Shown here: positions 24,597-36,893 of the stretch, one piece after another | Numbering within the stretch: the stretch's first letter is position 1 | How the letters are laid out: every line of letters begins with the position of its first letter | Assembly: GCA_008632985.1 (NCBI GenBank) | Contig: QPGO01000121.1 | Coordinates: forward strand, 186,001 to 250,000 | DNA from: Psammoneis japonica | Lineage: Eukaryota | Length of the DNA stretch: 64,000 nt | Direction: 5' to 3' | The notes under the pieces: model-generated | The model's database searches: none | What the model was told of the DNA's origin: nothing | Seen by the model: only the letters and a program-made list of their open reading frames with translations | Position numbers and translations under genes: made by a program

Positions 24597-25299
24597 CCCA
24601 TCCCCACCAATTGCCTGTCTCTAGAATCAGATCACCGCAAGAAGTCGTACGAGCAAAGCGACACCAGTCGCTGGCATGCAAGTCGCAGAGTGCGCTGTGA
24701 CTCCTCTTGGCATGCATGCATCACAAGCTTGACAACTTTTGGTGTTTGTCCGCCCTTTTTCAACTGAGTGTCGTTTTGTCTGATTTCTCAAGAGTTTTTT
24801 GTTTGTTGGTTTGTGCAGAGAATGCACACCATGATGCACACATGGGATCAACAAAAACACCCTCCATCATCTTTTTTTGCTGACACAGAGGCAATCAAGC
24901 CTGACCACACAATGTTGACTTTGCCACACACGTGTTTGAAAGACACGCACAAATGTGTTCTTCTTGTTGCAGGAAGAATTGCTGCTGATGTCGCTTTCTG
25001 TCATAAAAGACTTTGGAACAGTGATGCCTTGGGACAGCAATGCTGCAAACACACAGCCATGAAAATCATGGCGATTTGGGCAGAACTGACCAACAGTCAG
25101 ATGCGCCCACATCACACCATGAGTGAAACCCCGCCAAATTAAACAAAAATGGTGCACAGAGTGTCAGTGTTGGAATCAATGCCATGACCCATTGTAACAC
25201 CACCTTTCCACCACTGTCACTCTGCCACCTCAGCTTGCTTGTCATTGCCAGCACTGCTGCAATTTTGCAAGCAAATGCTGTCCAATTCACTCTGTGCAA

Positions 25300-26210
25300 A
25301 AGTCACAATGGAAATGTCAGAAAGGGGGGAGATTGGCTCTGCTGTTGTGCAGCAAAGATCTTTTCTGAATGAGGCCACAAATTGGTTTGCAGCCTTGGCT
25401 CCAGTGCTGAAGATGTGCTGTGGACCTGACCCACTTTAGCCCATGTGTGAAAGTGCTTGCACCGACTTGACGACTTGTGATCGCTGCTTGACTTTTGATT
25501 GTGTTCCAAATGAATTGCCCATCAATGTGGAGCCATGGCATGCTTGCTGCTGGTTGTGTGACCAAGGAAATGGGAAGGAGGAGCAACAAGCAAGTGTCGT
25601 GGCATCCTGGTGTCCTGCTCCCCACCTTGTTTGGTCTTGTGGGTGCTGGGTGCTTTGTTCCCGAGTGAGGAGGACAAGCAAACAAGAACTCCAAAAGAGT
25701 GTCATCAGAGAAACATTCCAAATGATGTCAGCAGGGGCAGAGAGGCACTGCATTGAATGGCTTGCCAATCTGCCTCACCAGATGAAATGTCTGCAAAAAG
25801 AACGAGAATGTGAAGACTGCACTCATCATGTTGGGAGCTGCTGTTCTTTTGGACAATCGCCCATGATCCATGATGTGGGTGGCCCCCTTTTCTTTTTTTT
25901 GCCCTCCCACCCACCCTTGATGTGGTGGAAACTTTTCACTCATGGCAACCTCCCAGAGCAAGGAAAGATTGGCTCTGCTGCTGCACAGCAAAGATCCTTT
26001 GTGAATGAGGCCACAAACTCCCTGGTTTGCAGCCTCAGCTCCTGCGCTGAAGACATGCTGCAGGCCCTGACTTGACTTTTGATTGCTGATTTGCTTTTGA
26101 CTCTGTTCCAAATAAATTGCCTGTCAATGTGGAGTCATGACATGTTTGCAGCTGGTTGTGGGACCGAGGAGACAAGGAGGAGTTGCAAGAAGCAAGTGTT
26201 CTGGCACCCA
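25300..26210 (+). repeat. Diverged direct duplication (~25300-25610 vs ~25940-26210)
   Basis: gattggctctgctg…cagcaaagatc…tgaatgaggccacaaa…tttgcagcct at ~25331 and ~25967; many mismatches are reciprocal TG/CA. Confidence 0.85.
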
Positions 26211-26214
26211 CTCT

Positions 26215-29200
26215 GTGTTCATTTTCTCAACAGTCATTTTCATTTGTTGCATCTGGCTTCTGTTTTTGGGTGAAGCAATTTCTTGTCAGCAATGCACTGG
26301 ATGTCAAATGTTGCATCTCTTTCAAAGACCAGTTGTCCTGGTGTGGCTTGCACCATGGCACATGACATGTCTGCTGAATGCACTGCAAAGGCCCCTGCTT
26401 GCAGCATTCCAGCAAAAGGATCCTCAGCATCCAGAGGAGCATTTTGTAAATCAAGTGTGCACATGATGTTTCCCAGCACTTGATGCACATGCTCAACTGT
26501 GGCATTTTTTGTGAATTTGGCGTGGTTGCGGGTTTGCATTTTGTGCCGTGGTTCTCTTTAACCATCTTTTCAAACTGGTGTCTGATGAACTCACTTCCAC
26601 GATCATTGGGTGATTGATGACAGCCAAGGGAAACCACTTGGCCATGTCTGTTTGAGCAGACCTGCAATGGTGTTGTGGATTTCTCATTCAAAATTTCTGC
26701 TGCTTCAACCATCCAGTTGCTGGATCAATCATTGTCAAATGTTTCAGGATTGATTTTTTTGTTTCTGCCCTTGCAAGGCACTTTGCATGGTCCAACAAGA
26801 TCCACAACATGGTCTGTGCCATGGCACTGATTCCATGCACTTGGGAGGCAAATGCCCACATTTCTTGTTTTGTTTCTTCTTGAATTTCTGCATGTCTCAC
26901 ACTTGGACACACATTTTCTCATGTCTTCCCATGAGGCAGGCCACCACAGGTGTTGTGAGATTGTCTCTTCAGCTCCATTTTTTGTGCCAGGGTGAAGAAG
27001 GCACACACGATGCCCATCTGTTGCTGTTTTTTGTAATGTCTTTGGAACAATGATTTCATCTTTGTGACATGTGAGCAACTGGTCTTGCTTGCCTCCACAA
27101 AAAGTCTTTGCATGACATCATGTCCTGTCTGACAATTTGGAGAGAATGTCTTCATCCCATTTTGTTCAGCATCAAGAATTTTGTGAGTCAATGGACAGAC
27201 ATTGTTTCAGGATTCATGTGTTGTCTTCTCAGCCAGTTCTTCAGTGCTGAGATTTTCCACAGGTCCCATTTTCTTCATGTCAAGTCAGCTGATTGCATCT
27301 GCAACAACATCAGCCTTGCCCTTGAGGTGAGCTGTTTTTGGGCTGCACTCTTCTGTCATTGGATGCCAATGCATGACTCTCTCTGTTGTGAAGTTCTCAT
27401 GAGCAAGATTTTTGTGATCGTGTGTGTCTTTAACCAACTGTTGGCCAAACCATTTTGTTTGTTGTTGTGGCTGTGGAAGGCAACAGGTCAGTTGTTCTGT
27501 GTGACAACTGCCCCCAATTGAGAATTGATTGCATTGGCATGTGTCTGAAAGGGTTCATTGAAATGTTGGTGTGATGATGATGTGCCTTTTGACACAATTT
27601 GCTTCATGTTTTTGAAGGCATGCTTGCTGATGAAATGCTGCAATTCCTTTCAAGTTGTGGGGGTTGCAATTGCTTGAACCACCACCTCCACTTTCTCAGG
27701 CATCAGTTGAAATGCCATTTTGGGTGATGTGGAAGCCCAAGCAATCTGCTTCAGGCTTGGCAAAAATGACTTTTTGGCATTGATCTTCAACCCAGCTTGT
27801 TCAAGCCATGTGAATGCCATCTCAAGCTTTCTGAGGTGATCATCAAAGTCACCTTTTGTCAGGCACAGCATGTTGTCATCACAAGTTCTGATGAACTCCA
27901 AAACTGCCACATGCTTGCTCGTGGGTTCTTGAAAAACATCCAGGACTCTGCAAATTCCCGCGGGGAGTCTGCAGCATCAATGCTTGCCCCGTGGCATGAT
28001 GATCATGTGCAAGCAATGTGCATGTGGTGTCAACTTGACATGACAGCATCCCGTGTTCGAATCAAGTGAGGTTGCATGCATGGAACCTTCCAGGTTCTGT
28101 GGCATGTCCTGAGCATTGAGCAAAGGGAACAGAGTGCATGTTGACCTCTCACTCAGCTCATGGAAATTGGACAGAAACCAAACTCTGCCATTTTTCTTTG
28201 GTTGAACAAACTTTGGAGCTGCCCATTCAGAGTGGTTTGCTTTTCTGAAGACCTTTTGCTTGCATGATCTTTCAACTTCCTTTTGAGCAGTCACTTCCAA
28301 GGCTCAGAAAATGGTTTTGCATGATGGTTTGGCACCCATCTTCAACACAAGATCAACCAGTTTCCTGGTCCAATTGCCTGGGAGAACCATCAAAAAGAGG
28401 TTCAAATCTCACATTGTCAAGGCCAGCAGCATGACAGCTGGAATCAAGATTTTGTTGATCCTGTCATTGAAAATGTTCATGGCATGTGATTCCTCAATGT
28501 GATTGGCTGTTGGCACAAACACTTTGGCATTGAAGAGTGCATCAACATTTCTCACAAGCAGTGAGGCCGCATCTTCCAATTTGATTTCTTCATTCTTAAA
28601 ATCAATGTGATTCCAAGACTGCTCATTGGGTCACATCCCATGATCATGTCACAGCAACTTGAAGAAGTGGTGGTGTCATTCATGTGCGCTGTCTTTTCAA
28701 TCAACTTGTTTTCATTGAAATTGGGTGAAAAGAACTGTGCTGCACATCGCATGTCAGTTGTGAAGAGCCCACCCTTGGTTTCCCAAGTTTGGGTGGCAGG
28801 TTTCTTCATTCTCAATTTCTGCTTAACTTTTGCACAGAATTGCAGAGAAGTGTCCATGTGGTGATGACCACTGGACCAGCAAGCATTGCTTTGACCCTTT
28901 TTTTGGGTTTCCCAATGTCCAGCAATGTGCAAGACTCCTTGACAGAAGCTGGTCATTCTCTGAATCACTGCGCAAGTCAATTTTTCAAATTGGCATTTTC
29001 CTTGCTGAGGGCATCTGAGTCATGTTCCTCATCCTTGCATTCTTCATCATTTGTAAGGAACTTGCCTTTAGAGTTTCTTTGACTCCCTGAGCAATCATGG
29101 TGTTCAGCTCTTCCTTGGGAGTGGCATTTTTAGCATCATGATGAGACCACATGTGATTGCCATTTGAACATTGCTTTTGGGTTCCATTCAAAGTTCCCCC

Positions 29201-29800
29201 AATGTTCTTTTGCAAAAGACCTTTTGGAGAATGCAATTGAGACAACAGATTGTCCAGATGCAACCAACATTGAAACCTTGTGTGTCAACATTGTTGGTTG
29301 ATTGTGCGTTTGCATTTTTTGACATCCGATTGGCTCTGTGTGACTGATCTGTCCTTTGCACACATCCATGGTTGTGGTGTCATTAACACACATGCAACAA
29401 TGCACAATTGCAGCTGAATGTGCACATTTGTTCTTGCTTGACAATGCATGTTGCATGGTGGATGCAGACACATGTGTCATTCTTTTTTGTCGTCATTGGC
29501 CATGCAGTGGTTGGTGTGTTTCTTAGAAGCTTTGATGGCACATGGGCATGTGGGCATGGGACAAATCTTGTCTTTCAAGTTCCGCACAGTGTGTTCCAGG
29601 GTCACATGGTTCTCATGAACATTTTGCACACAAATGTGCACAACACAATTTGTTTAAATTGTCAAACGGTCATCAAAGCTCAAACAGTCATTGTGTGTTT
29701 GGCCCAATTGCAACAAGAATGCTGACAATGATTGCACACATGACAATCTGTGTGGTGCAACTCATTTGGAGGGTCACCAAATGGTCGTTGGAGCTCAAAC
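26215..29800 (-). mobile_element. Ty3/Gypsy LTR-retrotransposon remnant (gag-PR-RT-RH-IN)
   Basis: RT: SEWAAPKFVQPKKNGRVWFLSNFHEL and EFIRTCDDNMLCLTKGDFDDHLRKL…AGLKINAKKS; IN: HPG…ETISQHLWWP…CETC, LTMIDPATGW, TPGQLVFERD; RT before IN = Gypsy order. Confidence 0.9.
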
Positions 29801-31915
29801 AGTCTTTGGATGTTTGGTGCCAGAACACTGATTGTGTTCACACAAAGTGTGTGCACTGCAATTTGTTCTGAGGGTCAAGTGGTTGTCAGACATCTAATGC
29901 TCACATGCTTGTGCTGTTTGTTGCACATTTGTCCCATGGTCAATGCAATTGTGGTCATGTGGCCAGTGTTCTTAAGATGCAGGTGTCTTCTGGCCCAATG
30001 AATGTCACTTGGAGTTCCACCCAAGAGGGCTGGAGTGCATCCAGCATTCTCCAGAAGAGATGTGTCCTCCCCAGCAGCAGAAGCATTGGCAGGGGTCAGC
30101 ATTCTCCAATGGAGCAGTGCCCCTCTCACTGTGAGAAAGGGAGGTGCTTCAGCCACAGCCACCTGGAAAAGAGCAATGGCATGGCACAGCTGGAGCTGCT
30201 GGGCTCCACAAAGAGATGGATGGGCAGAACAACCAGCCACATGGGTCATCAGTTGTTCTCCAGATGAAGTGCCCCAGTGGAAGGTGTTTTTACAGCACTC
30301 ATGGCATTTTGAAGAGCAGCCCTGGTGCAATGCAGTGCAAGTCGTGAGCTGTGATGGATGCATCAGAGGGTGCTTCAAAAGACAGTGTGATGCTTTGGAA
30401 CATGACAGCACACCCTTGTTGACTCAGTGTGAATGTCAAGTTGCATCATCACATCTGCAGAGAGACAAACAATTGTGCTCATTTGAGCTGCACCAAAGAA
30501 CTTGCATGTTGACAAGAGTCAACATTCTTTGAGTTGGGCAGTGTGAACATCAGGTGTGAAGTGAGCAGCAAAGTGTGGCTCAAATTACAAAACTGTGTCA
30601 CAGGTGAGGGAAACAAAAAGCAGCAGGCTGTGAGCACAGAATTGAACAACTCTGATGACTTGCACATTGTGCGCAGCCTTCCACCACACAATCAATTGTT
30701 TTTGGGGGGGGGATCAATTGTTTTGGGGGGGGGGGGGGGGCAGTTGCATTCCTGCCATGTTGCACCACTTTGTGCTCTGCCCAACCTCTTCCCACTCTTC
30801 AATGTCACCCAACTCATCACAATTTTTAACTTCATTTGTGCCAGTCTCTGCAGCCCAGCAGCACCACAATTTTCTGCAAGTGTGGGAGACTCCTCTGGAG
30901 CCAAACATCCAGAAATGTCACTGGCAGCAATGTGCTCATTTCATGTTTGAGGCACATGAAGCTGGTTGTCAAAGCAACCCAAACTTGTCCTGGATCATTT
31001 TCTTTGCAAGTTTGCAGCTCCAAACATCAGTGCAAGTTCACACAAAAATCTCTTTGAATGATCCTGCAGCTCTGCCCTCCAAGCTGTCAATTTTTGCTCT
31101 CTCACCCACAGGGCGCTCCTTTTTTGAATCTCTGATGTCATTTTTCTGTTTCACCAATGTGTTTTCTACACACTTTTCTGGCCAGGCAAGCTTTGAAAAA
31201 AATCTGGCAGCACTTTGCATGCTCCCTCATGCTTTGTTCTTCCTGACCAACACAATTAGAAACTGCACTGCAGCAAAATAATCAGAAAGAAACGCTGGCA
31301 TGCTGACAAGCACAGTGGCAGAACAGCCTGTTGGATGCTTCCAGCTGCAGGCAATGTTGCTTTCAGATCCCCTGGGGGATGGCAAACCTTGAGCATCTGT
31401 TGCCTGCAGCTGGACGATGGTTTTTGATGTGCTGCAAAGAAAATTCCTTCCAATGCTGTCGGAGACAATTCTCGCGATGTTGTTGCATCTGAGAAAGGAA
31501 ATCAGAGATGTCAGAAATTAACGACAAAAGTTTTACAGATTTCTTTTTCAAGATTTCCCTTCTCACGAAATTTCCGCATGCGCACTCTCTAGAGAGGGGT
31601 ACTCCCTACTCTACCTACTCCTCGGATCTTTCAGGTGCAAGGATCACCTCCGCTCATCGCGTGGCCTATGGTCAGTTACTCTCTCAGACATTCATTCATT
31701 CGAGAGAGGGACAAGTAGCCCGTTTACAAGAGAGTGAGAGAGCTATCGTAAACAAAATAGTTTTCAAAGCAGTACCTAAACTACACCCCAAACACATAAT
31801 TTGCAAGTCTTCGAGGAATACATTTATAGTATGTTGTATAACCCCAGCGTTGAACTGTACAACTCATTTCTGCTGTCCAAAGATCTGGCTTCATTCAATA
31901 ACACCAGCACTATGC

Positions 31916-34900
31916 CTAGTTGCCTGCAAGAAGCGTCCTACCAACGCGCTGCAGATCCTGGATAGGGGATGATACACGAGAAAAGTGAGGACGTGAAAAG
32001 AAGAAGCGAAGAGCATATGCCTATCGACAGTGACCACGTACTGTTAAACCAGCGCCTCCAAAGCTATATAACGTTCTTGTTTTCGGCGCCATTTCTTCGG
32101 GAGAAGTAGACCATTCATCGACATGAATCTTTACGTTACCTTCCTCCACCGGAGCATGGCCGCTTTGGTCGAGAGAGCTCTCGCTGGAGGGGGACGCAAC
32201 GTCTCGGCGGGCGGCGTTCACGGTTACGCCAATCATTGATTCATTGTCAGAGGACACAGATTCCTTGGCGGCAGCGTTAAGGGGAGCGCCATTCTGAAAC
32301 TCTGTCGTCGTCTGCGGTGACGCTGCTTCTTTCATGGAATTGCTATGCAACAAGAAATCCTTCATCTTTGGAATGACCACCTTGTTGTAGAGATCGATAA
32401 CGTTTCCATGTTTCTTCTTACCGGGTTGCTCCGGTGCGTCCATGGGAAGAATCCGAACTTGCCTGACTAATTTCTGGCATTCGCGTTCTCCAATTTCTTC
32501 CTTTCGGATAGTTGTGTATGCCCCAATGATCTTGACAAAGGTCAGTTTGGCCTTTAGCCTCGTAACCCTGGTGACTCCGTAGATAGTGCATAGGATCAAT
32601 TGGTCAACGTGGTGGTCGTAAAGGAGCTCGATATTGTGCCTGAGAAGGTGACGGAACGCCACCCAAATTTGAGATGCAACAGGAAGGGGTACTTCTAATT
32701 TTTCGCAAAGGGCCGAAATGCGAGAATGGGACATTCTAAGGATCTTGCGAAGGATGTAATCCACGAAACGATACTCAGGGTGTTCCGCAGTCTCCTTGTC
32801 CATTGTTCTACATGAGACGAGGTTTGCTTTGCCGGCCTCCACGAGTTCTGCCCGTAACGTGGGCAACAAGATTTCCGTTGGCCAAAGGGGCTGCTGACCT
32901 GCCACCTTTAAATTGTGCTCTTGGAGTTCCTCGATCGTGTCCATAATACTGTCACCCGCGGCATTGAGATGGCATTCGTGAGACCATAAAATTGAGTCCG
33001 TGATATTAACCTCGTATTGCAGCAGATGTTGTTGAAGAAGGTGGGGCAACACACCGATCGGTGACACCCGTTCGTTTGAACTAGGCGGGTCGGACCTGAG
33101 AATGCGCAAGAACGTCTCGCTCACTTTTAAATAAGCGTACGGCGTGCATTCCATCAACTGGAGGGTAGACTTCAGATTATGCATCTGGTAGTCTTCGCCG
33201 AGCAATTGCTTGCTGCAGAAACCGACTGCCTTGAGGACACAAGCGTAGCTGCACGCCAAAAGAGCCCTGTGGAACGACTCGTTTTGTATTAACCGGGGAT
33301 GCGCCGCCGATTTTAAGCGGGCGGTCTCCTGAAATAAGAGAATATCAAGTACGTGAAAATACAACGATATAATGGCCTTGCATATCTTCCTGTCTGGGTA
33401 CATTCCATCGTCGCCACCAGTGGCAAGTTCCTTAAAGATCACTTCGCCACTGCCTTGGGAGATTGCAATACTCGAACCGGCGCCGTTGTAGCCTTGTAGT
33501 TTGTCAACGACGCGATACAGAACAGCGAAAATAACCGACCGCCACCCTCCAGAAAAGGATTCGGGTACGTCCCTCAAGATATTCTTCATTTTCCAGCTTG
33601 ACAACTCGTCGTCACTGGCATCGAGGTACATTAATAGTCGAGGGCTTGGCTTGATTTTCGTAACCATAAGGATTGAGAGAGTCCATTCGTTGAGCTCCAA
33701 TGCGTCTGTCCTCAAATTCTTCCGCCAGTCTGACGACCTCAACGAAGAGACAAGTTCCGATATGTCCTGCGATTCCGAAGAGACAGTGATAACCGAAGGC
33801 GAAGACGCTCTTCCAGACACACTAGGCCTGTATCCGTTAGTGACAGCTAAGGCATTATTGTCGGGGGCGGCATTCGGCGATTTGGGCGAAGAAGCAATAG
33901 TACACAAGCGTTGAATCATCAACGCCGGATTGGACGGCGAGATGGCAAATTCGTCAACATACGGAACCCACTTGATCACACTCTTCGCCACATTTTGTTC
34001 AGTGCCGCTAGTGCCCGTATTTGCAACTGATGTACTCAGTGCGCCAATCAATTCCATGTTTGCCTTCACAAACATTTCGTCGATCTTTGCCACCGGAAAC
34101 TGTTCGTTTGACAGAGCAAGTCTCAATCGATCGTGAAAGCTCGTCGCGGGCTCCTTTGTTTCTTGTGAGGCAGGTGTAGAAGCATCTTGCGTCGCAATCG
34201 CCATAATTTCCCTTTCAAGTTCGTCCTTTGAGAATAATGGGCCATCCAGGACACCCTGCGCGACCAGCCAATTGTACAACGAATTTGAGACAGAAACGAC
34301 CGAAGCTAGAACATCCACTCGTCCCACTGAATGGCTCGGCGACCCTTGCGAACTTCTGGAAGATGATGTGTCACTGCTCATCATTGTCAAGGCGGCAATC
34401 GCCTCGTCTTCAATGGAAAGGCGACTACGCTTCGCGGCGCGCTTCTCGGAGTCGGGGCTGACTTCCTTGGCTGCCGGTATCTTGGGCGGCAAGCCGTGTT
34501 CTCCTCTGTTCGGCTCTTTTCCTTCAGAGCCACCCGACGTACTTACCAGCGGCGTGTTGACAGTGTTCGTTGGAGTAGCTACTCCTCTCTTGTATTCGAC
34601 TTGACCCGGAGAAAGAACCAGCAGCAGCCCCATGCTAGCTGCGCTTGTTAGGATACGCTTTCTCCGCTTTGCCTTTTCCACGGAGGCCTCGTCCTGGTCT
34701 GCCTCAGAAGTGAGTTCGTCAAGCAAAAGCAAACGGTGCTGTTGCAGAGTAAGAACGCAAGACAGCTTCCATGCGTTTTCCTTGAGGACTTGGCGATTGG
34801 GAGATACATCCTGTCTGTCGTGTCGCTTCCTCTTGGCCTTCCTTACCATACCACAATACGCTTTCCATATAAAGTCAAAGTCGGACAGAGACTCGACTAC

Positions 34901-35668
34901 GCATTTTGCGGACTTTTCAATTTGCTTGAGGGACGTTTCAAGGATCATTTTCCAAGCTTCTTCGTTTGGTCCCCTACAAATCACAAACTGGATAAAAGTT
35001 GTTCCACTGACTCCATGTCCCTGCGACTTGGGCACCACCAGTTTGAGACACTCAAATGCAACCTGCGCGACGGTGGGGAGTGGTTGAGTGTCGTGGTACC
35101 TCTTGCATTCCTCTAAAAACTCCGCCATGGTGTTGGCAATCGATACACAATTCACCAAACGCGCCACCTCAAAATGAGCGCGAATTTTCTCCGCATTGGG
35201 TGTGTCTTCCGTAGACTCAGTACTGTCTTTACGTAGAGACTCGCGCCCTTTTTCAGCGTCCATGTCGCCATCAGCAATGTCCATGGCTGCGACGCCGCTG
35301 TCGCCTTTGCTCGCTTCGCCATTCGAAGGCACAGTAGCAGATGCTTCGCCTGAGTTATTCTGAGAGGTAGACTGCTCCTTGGACGCCGCTTCGTCGCTTT
35401 TTGCTTCTGCCGATGCTCCTGATGAAGTCTCGTTCTGTTCAGGTCTCGTTGATTCTACGTGGGAATTAGTACAGTCTGTACTGAACGCTTCGACGATACA
35501 CGATAAGAGAACTGCGGCCGACACAGCCATAGTCCGCGTTCTCTGATGTACTTTCATCCATTGATGCGCTCGTATGAGAGTCTCTGATGTAAACGGTAAG
35601 CCCATCTTGCTGGCGGCCGCCAGCAAGAGCGGATCTTGCGCCGGCGGCGCCGTAGTCGTCGCCACCAT
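31916..35668 (-). CDS. RBR: Retinoblastoma-related pocket protein; intron 31958-32041, last exon 31916-31957
   Basis: Rb A box FHRALLACS…PYAYLKVSETFLR…HLLQYEVNITDSILW; B box RKILRMSHSRISALCEKL…LLYDHHVDQLILCTIYG; GTACGT donor and CCAG acceptor give C-terminus YSFGGAGLT|DLQRVGRTLLAGN*. Confidence 0.9.
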
Positions 35669-35997
35669 GGTCTGCAAGCGGCGGCGGATGGAGGATCGAT
35701 TTGAGGATTGCTTTTTGCGGATGGCGCAGGCTGGGAAAGATTGTACGCAACCGCTCTTATCAAATCTACGAACGTAGAAAAAGTACGGGCATTCACGAGC
35801 AAAAAAGAAGCGCGGGACTTCTTCGTACGTACGTCGTCCGCTGAGCACTGCGATGACGCGTTTTTTGGCGCCAAAGATTTGCCGCCTGCCGCCCATTTAG
35901 ACTCCCTGTACCATATTCCACATTCCAATTCTGTTACGGCTTCAGGGTGCTGTTGCAGTTGTGTTGCTTGTTGTTACGGGCATCATCAGCATCGACC

Positions 35998-36680
35998 ATG
36001 AGCACCGACACTCGCCAACGTAGAGGGAAGAAAGCGAATCCCTCCGCTACAGGAAATGCGTTGACCGCGGAAGAGCAGATTCAAAAAGCAGAAGCCACGA
36101 TTCGCTCCAACCGAGACACAACCTCAAGCTCTATGCTCAATGGCGGAGTTACTTGTTGAAGATTGGATTCCTTGTTGTCGTTATGGCATTCCATCAGGCC
36201 ATGGCCCCCATGACGGCGTGTATCACTGATATCAAGACTGTAAACGCAGCGACGGATGGAACGCCCGTGCATTGGACCGAAGCAGTGCTCATGGTGCTTC
36301 ACGAATCCACCTGCGAAATTGTGGGAATTTTCATTGCGGCGTGTCTCGCAAAGTTTCTTTGCTCAGACCCACCCGGTAAATTTTCAGATACGTCTTATAT
36401 GGTTGCTTCGACATTGGTGCCGTTGCAGCTGTCTCTGTTTTATCGAACGAAACGAATCGGGTGCTTGGGAGATTTCGAACTCCTCAGTGCAACACAAGAC
36501 GAGGTGAACCGTGAGAGAAGCTTTCCTGTGGGGCTTGTTCTTCATTTGATTACCTCTGGGTCCTATTGGTTTATGCAGTATGGAATGGAGACTGCTGATA
36601 AGAACCTGCGGCAACTGGATGATCTTAGACGTCAGCTAAAGGACGCTCAAAAGAACGCGAAGCGTAAGCAGAAATCGTAA
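35998..36680 (+). CDS. Multi-pass membrane protein of unknown function; probable frameshift near 36120
   Basis: MSTDTRQRRGKK… joins NLKLYAQWRSYLLKIGFLVVVMAF… with one indel; several hydrophobic segments and a basic C-terminal coil. Confidence 0.6.
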
Positions 36681-36893
36681 CACCAAATTCTAGTGTCAAG
36701 CTTCGTGAAGAACGTAGGGAAAGTACCGAATAACATTTGGTTAGTCAGGTGATCTCTAGCCTTATGCTGGGTAGCTACTAAATCGACGAGGCATCCCAGT
36801 GATAGCTGCATGGGCGCCTGGGAGCAGAGTGGTCTTCTACCATGAACAAATCAAAAGTCGATTCTGGTTTTATGTTTCTTGTAAATGTAGCGC

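Larger units (their letters stand above)
24700..31480. mobile_element. Composite decayed transposon block, TpA- and CpG-depleted
   Basis: Composition switch at both ends; contains a Gypsy remnant and an internal diverged duplication. Confidence 0.8.

Noticed and set aside
30703..30740. Poly-G tracts as functional G-quadruplex
   Set aside because: Inside decayed repeat DNA and homopolymer lengths are unreliable.
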